A DNA stretch of 64,000 nucleotides, taken from the NCBI GenBank assembly GCA_002269645.1, contig NIVC01001475.1, positions 218,488-282,487 of the forward strand. Direction: 5' to 3'. Positions 43,055-56,000 of the stretch are shown in pieces. Source of the DNA: Macrostomum lignano. Lineage: Eukaryota. The position numbers were made by a program, and so were the translations under genes. How positions within the stretch are numbered: the first letter of the stretch is position 1; each line of letters starts with the position of its first letter. The notes under the pieces were generated by a model. It worked only from the letters and a program-made list of their open reading frames with translations, searched no databases and was not told where the DNA came from.

Positions 43055-43071
43055 TACAGACAGACAGACAC

Positions 43072-43114
<43 letters not shown>

Positions 43115-43454
43115 CACAGACAGACTCAGAGACAGACAATCTACCTGAGACACATCGATAATCCAGACGGTGTTGCGCCACCACAGCAGGTTGTACTCGC
43201 TGTAGTCCGCATGCACCAGCCGACACTCGTTGTACAGCCGGTGCAGGTAGCCGGCCGCCTGGTCCCAGGCGCTGCGCCATTGAATAGCCTCGAGGCGGCA
43301 GTCTTTGAGTCGGGGCGCGGCGCAGCCGGACTCGCCGATGAAGCTCATGGCCAGGACGTGGCCGCGGAGTAGAAGCGGCTTCGGGCAGGGCAGGCCAAGC
43401 TTTTGAAGCCGGCGCAGGCTGAGCAGCTCCTTCTCGCACCAGACTCGCATCACC

Positions 43455-43509
<55 letters not shown>

Positions 43510-46500
43510 CTGATTGACTGACTGATTGATTGATTGACTGACTGATTGACTGATTTGGTTATTTGATTTGATTAATTGACCGACTGATTGATTGATTGAT
43601 TGACTGATTGATTGACTGATTGGTTGATTGATTGACTGATTGGTTGATTGATTGACTGATTGGTTGATTGACTGACTGTTTGATTGATTGATTGATTGAC
43701 TGATTGGTTGATTGATTGACTGATTGGTTGATTGATTGACTGATTGGTTGATTGATTGACTGATTGGTTGATTGATTGACTGACTGATTGACTGATTGAC
43801 TGTTTGATTGATTGGTTGATTGACTGATTGACTGATTGATTGACTGATTGGTTGATTGATTGACTGATTGGTTGATTGATTGACTGATTGGTTGATTGAC
43901 TGACTGTTTGATTGATTGATTGATTGACTGATTGACTGATTGATTGACTGATTGACTGACTGATTGGTTGACTGATTGGTTGACTGATTGGTTGATTGAT
44001 TGACTGATTGGTTGATTGATTGACTGATTGGTTGATTGATTGACTGATTGGTTGATTGACTGACTGTTTGATTGATTGATTGATTGACTGATTGATTGAC
44101 TGATTGACTGATTGATTGACTGATTGGTTGATTGATTGACTGATTGGTTGATTGACTGACTGTTTGATTGATTGATTGATTGACTGATTGACTGATTGAC
44201 TGATTGACTGATTGGTTGATTGGTTGACTGATTGATTCTTCAGCGGATTGATTGATTGACTGATTAATTGACTCATTAATTAATTGATTGACTGATTGAT
44301 TGATTGATTGACTGATTGGTTGATTTATTGATTGACTGATTGATTGACTGACTGATTGATTGACTGATTGGTTGATTGATTGACTGATTGGTTGATTGAT
44401 TGACTGATTGGTTGATTGATTGACTGACTGATTGATTGATTGACTGATTGACTGACTGATTGACTGATTGGTTGATTGATTGACTGATTGGTTGATTGAC
44501 TGACTGTTTGATTGATTGATTGATTGACTGATTGACTGATTGACTGATTGACTGATTGGTTGATTGGTTGACTGATTGATTCTTCAGCGGATTGATTGAT
44601 TGACTGATTAATTGACTCATTAATTAATTAATTGACTGATTGATTGATTGATATGCAGTTTATACATTTTTGTTTCTTTTAAATTTCTTTGTTGCCTCCC
44701 CAATGGCGGGGCAGATTGCTAGTCTAAAGGAGAATCCCCTGAAGGCTTTGTTCCCGCGTGCGTGCCCTAAAAATTAATTTGGCCGCCGCGCACAAACTGG
44801 CCTACTAAATAGTAGCAATGAAAGAATGTACAGCGTTCTTATAGTGCGTGTGAAAGTGTTGCGCAATGCTGACGAAGATATTAAATGCCATGGAATCAGT
44901 CGCGTGGTCACTAATAGCTAGCTGACAATGACAAACAGTTTTTCTATAAATAATTTACCTTCCGAGGATTCTGCCATTTGAGTTTGTCTTTGCACACTCG
45001 CGAGTCGCCAGTAACGTAATCGGATCGAGCTTTAAACTCGTTAAGCGTCGTTTTGAACACCTTGATAGCCACCTCTCTTGGCATCGGCTTGCCAGCTGGA
45101 GTTGTGGCCGAGTCGCTGCAGTAGGCGTGAAGCACCTGCGGATGGCCAGGTAGTTAATAAATGTTTTCTTTTAATAATAAACTTTTCTCTAACTAATTAA
45201 TATACTTTGCTAATAAATTTGCGTCTAGAGCTACAATAAGTGTACTTCTGTAGATAGTAAATGTTTTTCTGTAGTTTATGAATGTAATTTTATAGTTTAT
45301 AATTGTACTTTTATAGCTTTAATAAATGTACTTATGTTACAAATGTACTTTTGTAGCATATAATAAATGTACTTTAATGGCTTATAATTATAATTTTATA
45401 GCTCAAAATGTACTCTTATAGCTTATAATAAATGTAATTAAATATGTTACAAATGTACTTTTGCAGCATATAATAAATGTACTTTTATGGCTTATAATTG
45501 TACTTCTATAGCTTAAAATGTAATTTTATAGCGTATAATAAATGTACCTAAATAGCTTACATATGTTCTTTTACAGCATATTATAAATGTAGTTTAATGG
45601 CTTATAATTGTACTTTTATAGCTTAAAATTTACTTTTTTTAAACTTGTAAATGTACTTCTATAGGCAATAAATGTACTTCTGTAGCTAATACACACTTAT
45701 AGAGCTCTAATAAATGTACTTTTATCACCTTGATTTACAAGCACTGCTACCAAAAGTCACAGCAACCAATCGCAATCGCGCACTCACCACGCTCTCCTTT
45801 CCCGTGGCCACAATGCCGCCCAAGCTATCGAACCGGCCGGCATTGACCAGTTTAAACAGCACCGATCGAGTCTTCTCATCCAGAGCTGACTCGGCCGTGC
45901 TTCTCTCCTGCTTGTCGTGCACTCGAGCTTGCCGACGCTCGGACAGCTCAGCGTGCTGCTTCAGCGAATTAAAGACCCGGTTATTCAGCCGGACATTCAG
46001 GCCGCTGGTGTCGCCTTCGCGAAAGCCCAGCCCGAATTCCGACAATTTGTCGGCATTCCGACGACCGGTCAGTTCGGCGTCGTGTTTAGTTCGAAAATCG
46101 ACGCCAGGACCGCCGCCGCGATTGCGACGCCGGCTACCGGGAGCGTCCTCGGCTGACGGCTTTGACGGCATCCTCCAATCTTCTTCTTCAGCGTCTTCGT
46201 CTTCATCGACGTCCTCGGCGGCGTCATCTTCAAAGCCATATTCGGCGCCCACGCGGTGGTTGGCCAGTGTGACGCGGACCTGTTGGATGAAATGCTCTAA
46301 TTAACAATAATGCATTCAAAGCGCCGTGAAGGAGCTTTGATCTGTAATTTTGCTGTTCCCCTGCTGAACCTGTGGCCGCACCATATCGAAATGCCCTACT
46401 TAAAGTAATATTCTAAAAAAAGTTGATGTATTTTAGAATGCATCATATCTATTTCTAGGAATCACGCGCAAACAGAGTGATTCAGAACCCCACGTAGGAC

Positions 46501-47607
46501 CAACGTCTGTTTGATCAAGGAACCGGTTTCCAACAGCTGTATTTGCTTAACCCCATACATGGTAATTCTGAAAACCAATCTCTGAGGGACCACACTTGTC
46601 CAACTGGTAAGCGTTTACCAGCTTTAATTCTTTGTTGCTAGCATTAATAAGTTGATTAATTAAGTTTACGAGAGCCGTTTATTGTCGAAACATTTGAGAA
46701 AGGCCTCCTTGTTTCCTAGGGTACATTCCTAGAGGATTTATTGCTTAATTTGGGTTACCCCTTACGCTTCGGACGTAACGAAGAAGACGCCCTTCAGGAG
46801 GAACTACTACAGAAACTCAAAGAAACTCATTAGGGCGCACGTTCGATTGTTGATTCCGAGTTCGAGGACTGTCAAGAAATTCTAACTCGTTTTGGTCGAC
46901 CCACAGATAAAGTCAGCGACTCAGAGGTGACACTTCACCGCCGCTGAACCAAGAGAAGCCTTCAAGTTCTAAGAGGAGCCGCACCAGTAAGAGTTGTTTG
47001 ATTTTGCATACACCTATATAGGCACTTGTTCCCCAGTGTATAGAAGTGGCAGTTTTCGAGTGACTGGTCGCCACTCTTGAACTCTTCAAATTTTTAATTA
47101 TTGTAGATTCCTGGGATTTGAGGACTTCTATCAATTTGATTGAGTAACTTATAAACATGGAGTCATCATAATCACCTTCTGACTGCTATTGATTCGTTTC
47201 TCGCTAGCTTGCAGATTTTTGTTGTACTCGCGATCGAACTCCTGCTGCAGTTTCAGCGCCAGCACGTGGTCGCTGTCAGTTTCATCTTGACCTCCTGATG
47301 TTGGCACACTAGCAGTGGCATCTTCTGCTGATGCTCCATCTGACTCAGCATTGTTTGGATTTGGATTGTTGACTTCATCAAATTGACGTTGTAGACTCAA
47401 AGCCATGGCTTCATCCTTTAGCATTTGCTCAATGCGCCGCGACTCTTGCTCTTCCTGAATATGACTAACTAGCTGCTCAGACATGACCTCATTGAGAGAT
47501 TCTGGTTTAGGTGCTGGAACTGAGCCCCAAGCATATCCAGGTGTTGCTGATTTTGATTGCTGCTTAGAAATGGTGGATGCTTCTGTTGCAGGTTCGGACT
47601 GCATCAT
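42493..47607 (-). CDS. RIOK3: RIO kinase 3, 595 aa
   Basis: complement(join(42493..42870,43145..43453,44959..45135,45788..46279,47176..47607)), all phase-0 GT-AG. RIO3-type N-terminus [39 protein letters not shown]. Kinase motifs [55 protein letters not shown]. Confidence 0.95.
42958..43140. repeat. (CAGA)n microsatellite, RIOK3 intron 4
   Basis: Tetranucleotide run. Confidence 0.95.
43455..44652. repeat. Compound (TGAT/TGAC/TGGT)n microsatellite, RIOK3 intron 3
   Basis: 1.2 kb of mixed tetranucleotides, with an internal block duplication (ttcttcagcgg at ~44237 and ~44581). Confidence 0.95.
45240..45700. repeat. Degenerate AT-rich tandem repeat, RIOK3 intron 2
   Basis: Recurrent aatgtacttt.../gcttataat units. 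Confidence 0.75.
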
Positions 47608-47893
47608 TTCTTCAACTATATGGAATTAGATTGCATGAAAAGCATATATTAATATGATATATAATTCATTCATTATACATCCTAGAATAGCATACTGATA
47701 TAAATTAATTATAGGAAAACAAATCAAAATATGTTTTTAAAGTTAGCAAATGAAAAAAAAAACGTTATGCTATAAAAAGTTGTATTTCATTAAAAAAATG
47801 GCCTTTACAATAAATTTTTTTATTATTTAGAGCAACATTTTTTACTTATTTTTAACTATAAATAATATAAAAACTGATAGGCCTAATGATAGA

Positions 47894-48124
47894 CCCTATT
47901 GCAGCCAAGGTCTGAACCGCGCCGGACGCCCCCCTTTCCCGCGCCAGACATCTACCCGTACTGCGCCAGGGCCAGTCCCCAGGATCAGTGATTTGGTTCA
48001 ATTAGTCAGTCAATGGCTCGCCGCGCGCCGCGCGCCGCCGCCACACGCCACGCCACCGCGCGCCGCCGCCAGGCCAATCTGTGCCGGATGCCGTCCACGA
48101 AAATGGCCATTGGCTGCAATAGGG
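47894..48124. mobile_element. 231-bp GC-rich MITE with 15-bp TIR and 8-bp TSD
   Basis: TIRs are CCCTATTGCAGCCAA and TTGGCTGCAATAGGG. Exact ATGATAGA duplication at 47886-47893 and 48125-48132. Confidence 0.88.
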
Positions 48125-49599
48125 ATGATAGAGATAGGCCTAGTTAGTAATTTTATTAGGGTCTAGCAAATCTTCTTTGGTATATTAGTTTAAACTACAA
48201 TAACCAATGAATTAAAAATATTATTTACAAAAACAAACATAAAATATTGTTTATACCATTAAAAGATAAAGCATAGAGCTGCTACATTGACTTTAAAATA
48301 AAGAAAAAACAATGGCACTAGGGGAGAATTTAAAAGTACAACTAGCTTTAGACTTATTTAGGCCTTAGGGTAATATATGAACTATAGTTAATTACCTATG
48401 GTTAAAAAATATAAGCCTAAATATTTTCTATGAAAATGAAAATTCACAAATTCAGAAATTTCGCCAGTGCAGTGTTGCCACCTATGCTATGCAAAATGAA
48501 GAAAAAATTAATTATAAATGAATACGTTTGCCTTAATTTTATACCTTTAGCAAGCAAAAATACGAATTCAAGGTACTTATTAAATTTAGCTAATTTTTTT
48601 CGGACACACAACACATTAGAAATTATTTCGCTGTTTTATAGAAAACGGTGAACTTGATTTGTGAAAGCATCACATGTATTGCACAATATATTGAAAAAAT
48701 GAAGTTCTTAAATATTAATAATTTATATTCAAAGCTTTATTATATTACATTTTAGGCAAAACAAAAAACAAAAAATAATTTTTGGGTTAGCTAAGGTTTG
48801 TATTGTGTTATAATTTAGTACATAAAAGTCGTCATTTTAATTAAGAAAATAAAATATTTTCAAGTCATTAACACGTGCGTGCGTGCGCGTGCGTGCGTGC
48901 GCGTGCGTGAGCTCTCCATTAGGCCTAGGCCTATGTTTGCTGTGTCCCCTGTGTGTGCAAACTGTGCTGAGTTAGAGTGCCGAGCCATCTCTCATGTAAT
49001 ACTGTCGTTGTCGTCCTTGATCCATTTGGACTAATTTCGATCGAGTTTCGTAACGCTGTGTGCGTGTACGTGTACCTAGTCAAATACCCAAAATTTAGTA
49101 GTAACTAGCCATTTAGCCCCGCTTGGGCCTTAAAAATTACACCAATTTTTATTTTGGACCAAGAGTAACCATGAATTTCATTTCCATTAATAAAAAATTA
49201 AGTTTTCTGATTTTGGCAAAAATAAATTGCCACGAATCAAAACTTTCACCAGTGACACCAGAAACCAGCCAAAAAAGTTTCCTTCAGCCCAAAACCCTAT
49301 TTCAATCTGCAAATAGTGCTTATCCTTTCAAGCACAAACTCTTAGTGCATATCGTCATTGGCCTGGGCATATTCTAGTTCACAGTAGGAGCTTAATATGC
49401 CAATCCCTATAATAGCCTTAGACCTCTTTAGGACTTTATTTAGCCTAAGTCAAAGAACCATTAACCATTAACCTTGAATAAATGTGTTGCCACTGTTGGT
49501 ATTTCTTATATTTCCTATTAGCAGAAATCAGCATCACTTGTGTTTATTATTTCAATATCTAAATTAAATGAGCTACTTGAGCCATACTAGGCCTACTTG

Positions 49600-50420
49600 A
49601 CAATCTAACAATCGCTCAACAATCTAATCTTTTCTCCCCAACAATTCAGCCATCCCCCATGAGCCTTGATATCTCAGCAATTCCCCCAGTAGGCCTTGAC
49701 ATCTTAGAAATTCCCTCAGTAAGCATCAACATTGTGGCAATTAAACATCTATGCAATCTCCCATCCGAGTAAACTTTAGCATCTCAGCAATTCCCTCAGG
49801 AAGCCTTGAAATCTTAGCAAATTCCTTAATAAGCCTCAACATTGCAGCAATTATACTTCAGCCTTGACATCTTTGCAATTCTCCCCACCCAGAAAGCCTT
49901 GATATCCCAACAACCCAAATCCCCTCCCCTAACAATTCAGCCATCCCCGGATCCCCTATGGCCATGAGTCTTGATATCTCAACAATTCAGCCATCCTCCA
50001 TGAGCCTTGATAGAGCCTACCTTAGCAATTTCTCATAGTAGGCCTTGACATCTCAGAAATTCCCTTAGTGGGCCCCTAAGCATCAACATTGCAACAATTA
50101 AACTTGAGCCTTGACAGCTGCGCAATTCTTCTAGGCCTAGCCTAGTAAGCCTTGACAGTTGCACAATTCTTCTAGCCCAATAAGCCTTGATACCTCAGCA
50201 ATTCTCCAGTAAGCCTTGACATCTCAAAAATTTCCTTAGTAAGCTAAGCCTTAACATCCTAGCAATTCTCCTAGTAAGCCTTGGCATCTAAAACATTTCC
50301 TTAGTAAGCCTTGGTATCTTAGCAATTCCCCAATAAGCCTTGATATCTCAGAAATTTCCTCAGTAAGCCTTGATATCTTAGCAATTCCTAGTAAGCCTTG
50401 GCATCTTAGCTTTTAGTCTT
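49600..50420. repeat. Old degenerate ~30-bp tandem repeat
   Basis: Recurrent agccttgacatctcagcaattc..tagta. Confidence 0.75.
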
Positions 50421-51713
50421 ATTCCTAGTAAGGCTTATACAAATTGCAATTGCAATCCATAATTTCCTGCCATCGCCATGTGCTAATCAGCTACCATGCA
50501 CTCTTTAGAATTTAGTCTTAAACATATGTCTTATCTTAGACTCCTAGTCCTAGACCTAAGCCTAGGCCTAATGGCTAATTTTCTAGGCCTAGGCCTACTG
50601 ATTTATGTTGAGACTAAAAAGATTTGCTGATAGGCTTAGGCCTACTTAATTGGTTATTTCATAATTATTAAATTTGATCACCTATGACTTTGCCATATAG
50701 GGGCTATCCTGCAGAATTGTTTGTTCAACTCACTGTATGCATATTTTTTTAGCTATTGACATGAAACTTTCTAAAAGTGAATTTTTTCATTAGGCCTACC
50801 AACATTTAAAAGTGTTTTGCAATAAAATATTTGTGCATGATTTTGCTTAATTTTGCTTTAAGATGATTTAATAAAATATTTGTTAGTTTAAAGCCTGGGT
50901 GAAGCTCTTAAAGTAGGCCCCTAGTACATAACATTAGCATAGCACACAAATTCAAAATTGCAGAATTGTTAATAATATTAATTAGGCCTAATAGTTGTTA
51001 AAATTTGAAAAAACCTAGAAATTGAAATAAAAGTTACATTGCAACCCCTTACAATGGAATTTAAATGCTAAAACCCTTCTAAAATGTTGGCATAATGAAA
51101 ACATTCATTTTTGGAAAGTTTTATATCAATAGGCCTAGCTAAAAAATGTGCATACAATGAGTTTAATGAACAAACCCATTGTCAAGAAGATGTCCAGTGT
51201 ATACTAGAGTTTTTTGGACAAAATTTTAGGTGCATACCAAGTAGGGCCTATATAAAAAATTGGAAATGTGATTTTGTTATATATGCCAAAATTTCAAAAT
51301 TATGCAACCTTACTTTTGCATTGACAATAAAGGACCTTTTTTATGTTACAACAATTATATCAATCTTTTTTCAATAACAAAATGAATCTTATGTCTATTA
51401 CTTCTTTATAACAACTTGCAATTATGCAAAGTTCTAGTATTTAAATTCTCTGAAATAGCACTATAACATTTGATTAATATTTTTATTTGTACTCCCATCA
51501 CCTCTTAACCACTAGGCCTTACCCTTTTCCTCAAAAAGTTTTATCTTTCATTATAGAAACTGGAAGATACTTGCACCTATTTTCAAATACCTTTGTCTAC
51601 TACTTTTTATACACTAAATACAACTTTGTAAATGCCTTTGTAAAAGTTTGTGTCTTGCAACATTGTGAAATTTAGGGTTTGTGAATGGTGAAAGCAACCT
51701 AGCTAGGGCCCTA

Positions 51714-52066
51714 GGGGGGCCATAGCCCAGTGGTAGCGCAGCTGCTCTGGTGTGCATCAACCCAGGCTTGATTCCAAGTACAGTCACATTAATTTGGGGC
51801 TGAATTGGAATCTCGGCTTGGCTCTGCTCGTGCAATTAACGAGAGCCAACCCCCCCAAGGCGAAGTGAAGTGTATATGCCTAACGGTAATATAAAGTTAG
51901 GGCCGCTGTACACTCCTGTGTGATTGTGTGCCTGTGTACGTATCCGCGCGCTTGTTTGCCTGCTCAGGGGAGTCGGCGGAATGGGCAGTAATGCCTCTCG
52001 CCAGTTGTGTGCCTATGTCGCTTAAAGTGTACCAGGGTGCACACAACCCCCTGCCTCTAATAAAAG
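51714..52066 (+). mobile_element. tRNA-derived SINE (353 bp) with 14-bp TSD
   Basis: Head GGGGGGCCATAGCCCAGTGGTAG (A box) and GGCTTGATTCC (B box); ends ...TAATAAAAG. Exact TAGCTAGGGCCCTA duplication at 51700-51713 and 52067-52080. Confidence 0.85.
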
Positions 52067-53084
52067 TAGCTAGGGCCCTATTTGGCTCCAAATAAAGGGA
52101 TTGGCATAGAGAATTTGGGACCCATGTCTGACTATTTTGACTCTTAAGTTCATATCCTCTTTAGCATTCAGCTTTACCAGTATTACTGTTTATGCATAGG
52201 TGAAATGCTCTAATGCAAATGTAAATGTTTTATGAAAATGTGTCATCTATGCACCATACTCAACTCTAATTCTAACCCATAAGCATCCATGCCTATATGG
52301 TCTTCTTCATATTATAGAACCATACATGCATCCACATGGGTCAGTCATCCCATCTAAATGCAATTTTGTAGCTAAATATTTACCCTATCATGCTGCAGAC
52401 ATGTTTTAAATACATGAGTGCATTATTTTAATAATAATAATTAGAGATGTATCAAAGCTTAGATTTTGCAGAAAGGTATGGATATTCATTGACTAGTTGC
52501 CTTAGTCATTGCATGAGAGTTCAGTTTCAGTTTTTGCAGCTGCATGGGGTATTTTATTGGCAGTTGACAAAGTGACCAAGGTTTGAGATAACTTCATTGA
52601 CTGGTTGACAAAATAACCAATGCAAAAACTTAGTTGACAAAATGGCTAGCACCAAAAAAGAGTTACAACAATTATTTAAAAACAATTATTATTCAATTAA
52701 TTATTTAGTATCAATTATTCAAAAAACAATTATTTAGTATTTATATCTGTAACAAAGTTATTTTAACTAGTTATGATTCTATGATAAAAATATTTTGTCT
52801 GAAAACTTTATTACTGTTGCTGTTGTCTAGGCTGTTGATTTATTCTTTTTTGGCTTTTAGTGAATTAAATTTGTTTCCTGCTATTCGTTCATTGTAGTTA
52901 TTGTTCATAAAATTGAATAATAAAACAGGGTCACCAACCCCATGAGAGCTTAAACTACTAAGAGTAGTGCAAAGGCAAACCTGCGTCACCCATAATACAC
53001 TCTCTAAATCTAATTCATGCCATCAGCACAGCCTGATCCTTGGCCAGCTCTCAATTAACTAGCACGACCCGTACCATCAGTGCA

Positions 53085-56000
53085 ATGCTTAGCCGAACAC
53101 CCGGTCGGAAGCTCTGTCGTATTAATTCGCAACCATGCGAAGCTGTCGAAGTATTCTGCCGTATTAAACCGCCGCCATTGTCTACTGACTTTGAAGACTG
53201 CCTGACGGTCAAGGATGATCGAACAGTAGTGCTCGAGCGGACAAGTGCTATGAGGTATTTGCCTTGAAACTGTTTTTATTATGAATTTTTCTCTGCAATT
53301 ATAAATATAGTGTGTAGAGACATGTTTTTTAACTGTTGCGAAATGTAATATTTTTTATGACAATAGTGTATAAGTATATAGGATATTTTGTTGTTTCTAC
53401 TGATTTGTCAATATGTGCTTGTTTTGCTACTGATTGAAAGAAATGCGCTGATTTTGCTACTGACAGTAGAAATGCGCTGATTTTGTTACTGACAGTAGAA
53501 ATGCGTTGATTTTGCAACTGACAGTAGAAATGCGCTAATTTGCTACTAACAGTAGAAATGCGCTAAATTTACTACTAACAGTAGAAATGCGCTAAATTTA
53601 CTACCAACAGTAGAAATGCGTTAATTTTGCTACTAACAGTAGAAATGCGCTAAATTTACTACCAACAGTAGAAATGCGCTAATTTTGCTACTGACAGTAG
53701 AAATGCGTTGATTTTGCTACTGACAGTAGAAATGCGCTAATTTTGCTACTGACAGTAGAAATGCGCTAATTTTGCTACTGACAGTAGAAATGCGCTAATT
53801 TTGCTACTAACAGTAGAAATGCGCTAATTTTGCTACTGACAATAGAAATTTTTTAATTTCGCTGCCAACACAAATAAAAAACTCAACTGCAGGTCCACCG
53901 AGTACACTTTCACTCGCGTGTTCGACGATGCCTCGAAGCAGTCGGAGGTGTTCAGCAGCGCCGGCCTGCCGCTGGTGGAGGAGCTGGTGCAGGGCCGCAA
54001 CGGCCTGCTGTTCACCTACGGAGTGACTGGCAGTGGCAAGAGCTTCACCATGCAGGGCCATCCGGACAATCCCGGCCTGCTGCCCCGGTGCCTGGACTCC
54101 CTGTTCAACTCTGTGGGCTCCCGACTGGCCAAGAAGTTCGTCATTCAGCCCGACAGGTGCAACGGCTTCGACATTCACAGCGAGGCTGAGGCCATGATGG
54201 AGCGGCAGCGGGTGGAGCTGGAGAGACGGCACGGCGGCTGGAGGCAGCTGGAAGCTGAGGTTCGTTTGTGCTTCATCAGTTGGAGACTTTCGTTCAATTG
54301 AGAGCTTTATTCAATACTCGCTTCTGTTAACATTCTCACTCGCTACTGTCAGCAGCCTCACTCGCTACTGTCAGCAGGGTCACTCGCTATTGTCAGCAGC
54401 CTCACTTGCTACTGTCAGCAGCCTCACTCGCTTCTGTCAACAGCCTCACTCGCTTCTGTCAACAGCCTCACTCGCTACTGTCAGCAGCCTCACTCGCTTC
54501 TGTCAGCAGCCTCACTCGCTATTGTCAGCAGCCTCACTCGCTTCTGTCAGCAGCCTTACTTGCTACTGTCAGCAGCCTCACTCGCTATTGTCAGCAGCCT
54601 CACTCGCTACTGTCAGCAGCCTCACTCGCTTCTGTCAGCAGCCTCACTCCCTACTGTCAGCAGCCTCACTCGCTATTGTCAGCAGCCTCACTCGCTTCTG
54701 TCAGCAGCCTCACTCGCTTCTGTCAGCAGCCTCACTCGCTACTGTCAGCAGCCTCACTCGCTTCTGTCAGCAGCCTCACTCGCTTCTGTCAGCAGCCTCA
54801 CTCGCTTCTGTCAGCAGCCTCACTCTCCCCATCCTCCCCTTCACCCAGGCGGCCTCCCGCATTCGCGAGAGCGCTCGAGTCCCTCTCGGCGAGCTGGAGG
54901 GCGACGCCTTCGGCTGCGCGGTCTTCGTGAGCTACGTGGAAATTTACAACAAGCTCGCCTACGACCTGCTCGAGGATTTCGGAGTCCCCGGCCAGGTGCT
55001 GCGGGCGGAGCCGACGTCCCGAGCCCTGCGTGAGGACGCCAGGAGGAACATGTACGTGAGCGGCGCCCTCGAGGTCGAGTGCCGCTCCGGTGACGAGGCC
55101 TTCGCCGTCTTCCTGAAAGGCTGCGCCAGGAGGCAGGTGGCCCAGACAGCGCTGAATGCTGAGAGCTCGCGATCTCACTCGGTGTTCACCATCAGGCTGG
55201 TGCGGGGCTGCTACGACTGCCGGCTGGGAGAGATGGTTCCGGTGAGTCACTAAGCTGGGTGTGATGGTTCCGGTGAGTCACTAAGCTGGGTGTGATGGTT
55301 CCGGTGAGTCACTAAGCTGGGTGTGATGGTTCCAGTGAGTCACTAAGCTGGGTGTGATGGTTCCAGTGAGTCACTAAGCTGGGTGTGATGGTTCCAGTGA
55401 GTCACTAAGCTGGGTGTGATGGTTCCGGTGAGTCACTAAGCTGGGTGTGATGGTTCCAGTGAGTCACTAAGCTGGGTGTGATGGTTCCGGTGAGTCACTA
55501 AGCTGGGAGAGATGGTTCCGGTGAGTCACTAAGCTGGGAGAGATGGTTCCGGTGAGTCACTAAGCTGGGAGAGATGGTTCCGGTGAGTCACTAAGCTGGG
55601 AGAGATGGTTCCGATGAGTCACTAAGCTGGGAGAGATGGTTCCGATGAGTCACTAAGCTGGGAGAGATGGTTCCAGTGAGTCACTAAGCTGGGAGAGATG
55701 GTTCCGGTGAGTCACTAAGCTGGGAGAGATGGTTCCAGTGAGTCACTAAGCTGGAAGAGATGGTTCCGATGAGTCACTAAGCTGGGAGAGATGGTTCCAG
55801 TGAGTCACTAAGCTGGGAGAGATGGTTCCGATGAGTCACTAAGCTGGGGTGATGGTTCCAGTGAGTCACTAAGCTGGGAGAGATGGTTCCGGTGAGTCAC
55901 TAAACTGGGTGTGGTGGTTCCAGTGAGTCACTAAGCTGGGAGAGATGGTTCCGGTGAGTCACAGCTTGGTGCGATGGTTCCAGTGAGTCACCCTATGTAA

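Noticed and set aside
43572-44620. SQSINQ-rich ORFs
   Set aside because: These are translations of the RIOK3 intron 3 microsatellite.
46380-47100. Coding-like composition in RIOK3 intron 1
   Set aside because: All frames have stops, and I recognise no motif or TIR/TSD. It may be an old TE relic, but that is unsupported.
51714-51790. tRNA gene
   Set aside because: The anticodon and T arms are degenerate and the sequence continues into a TSD-flanked body, so it is a SINE head.
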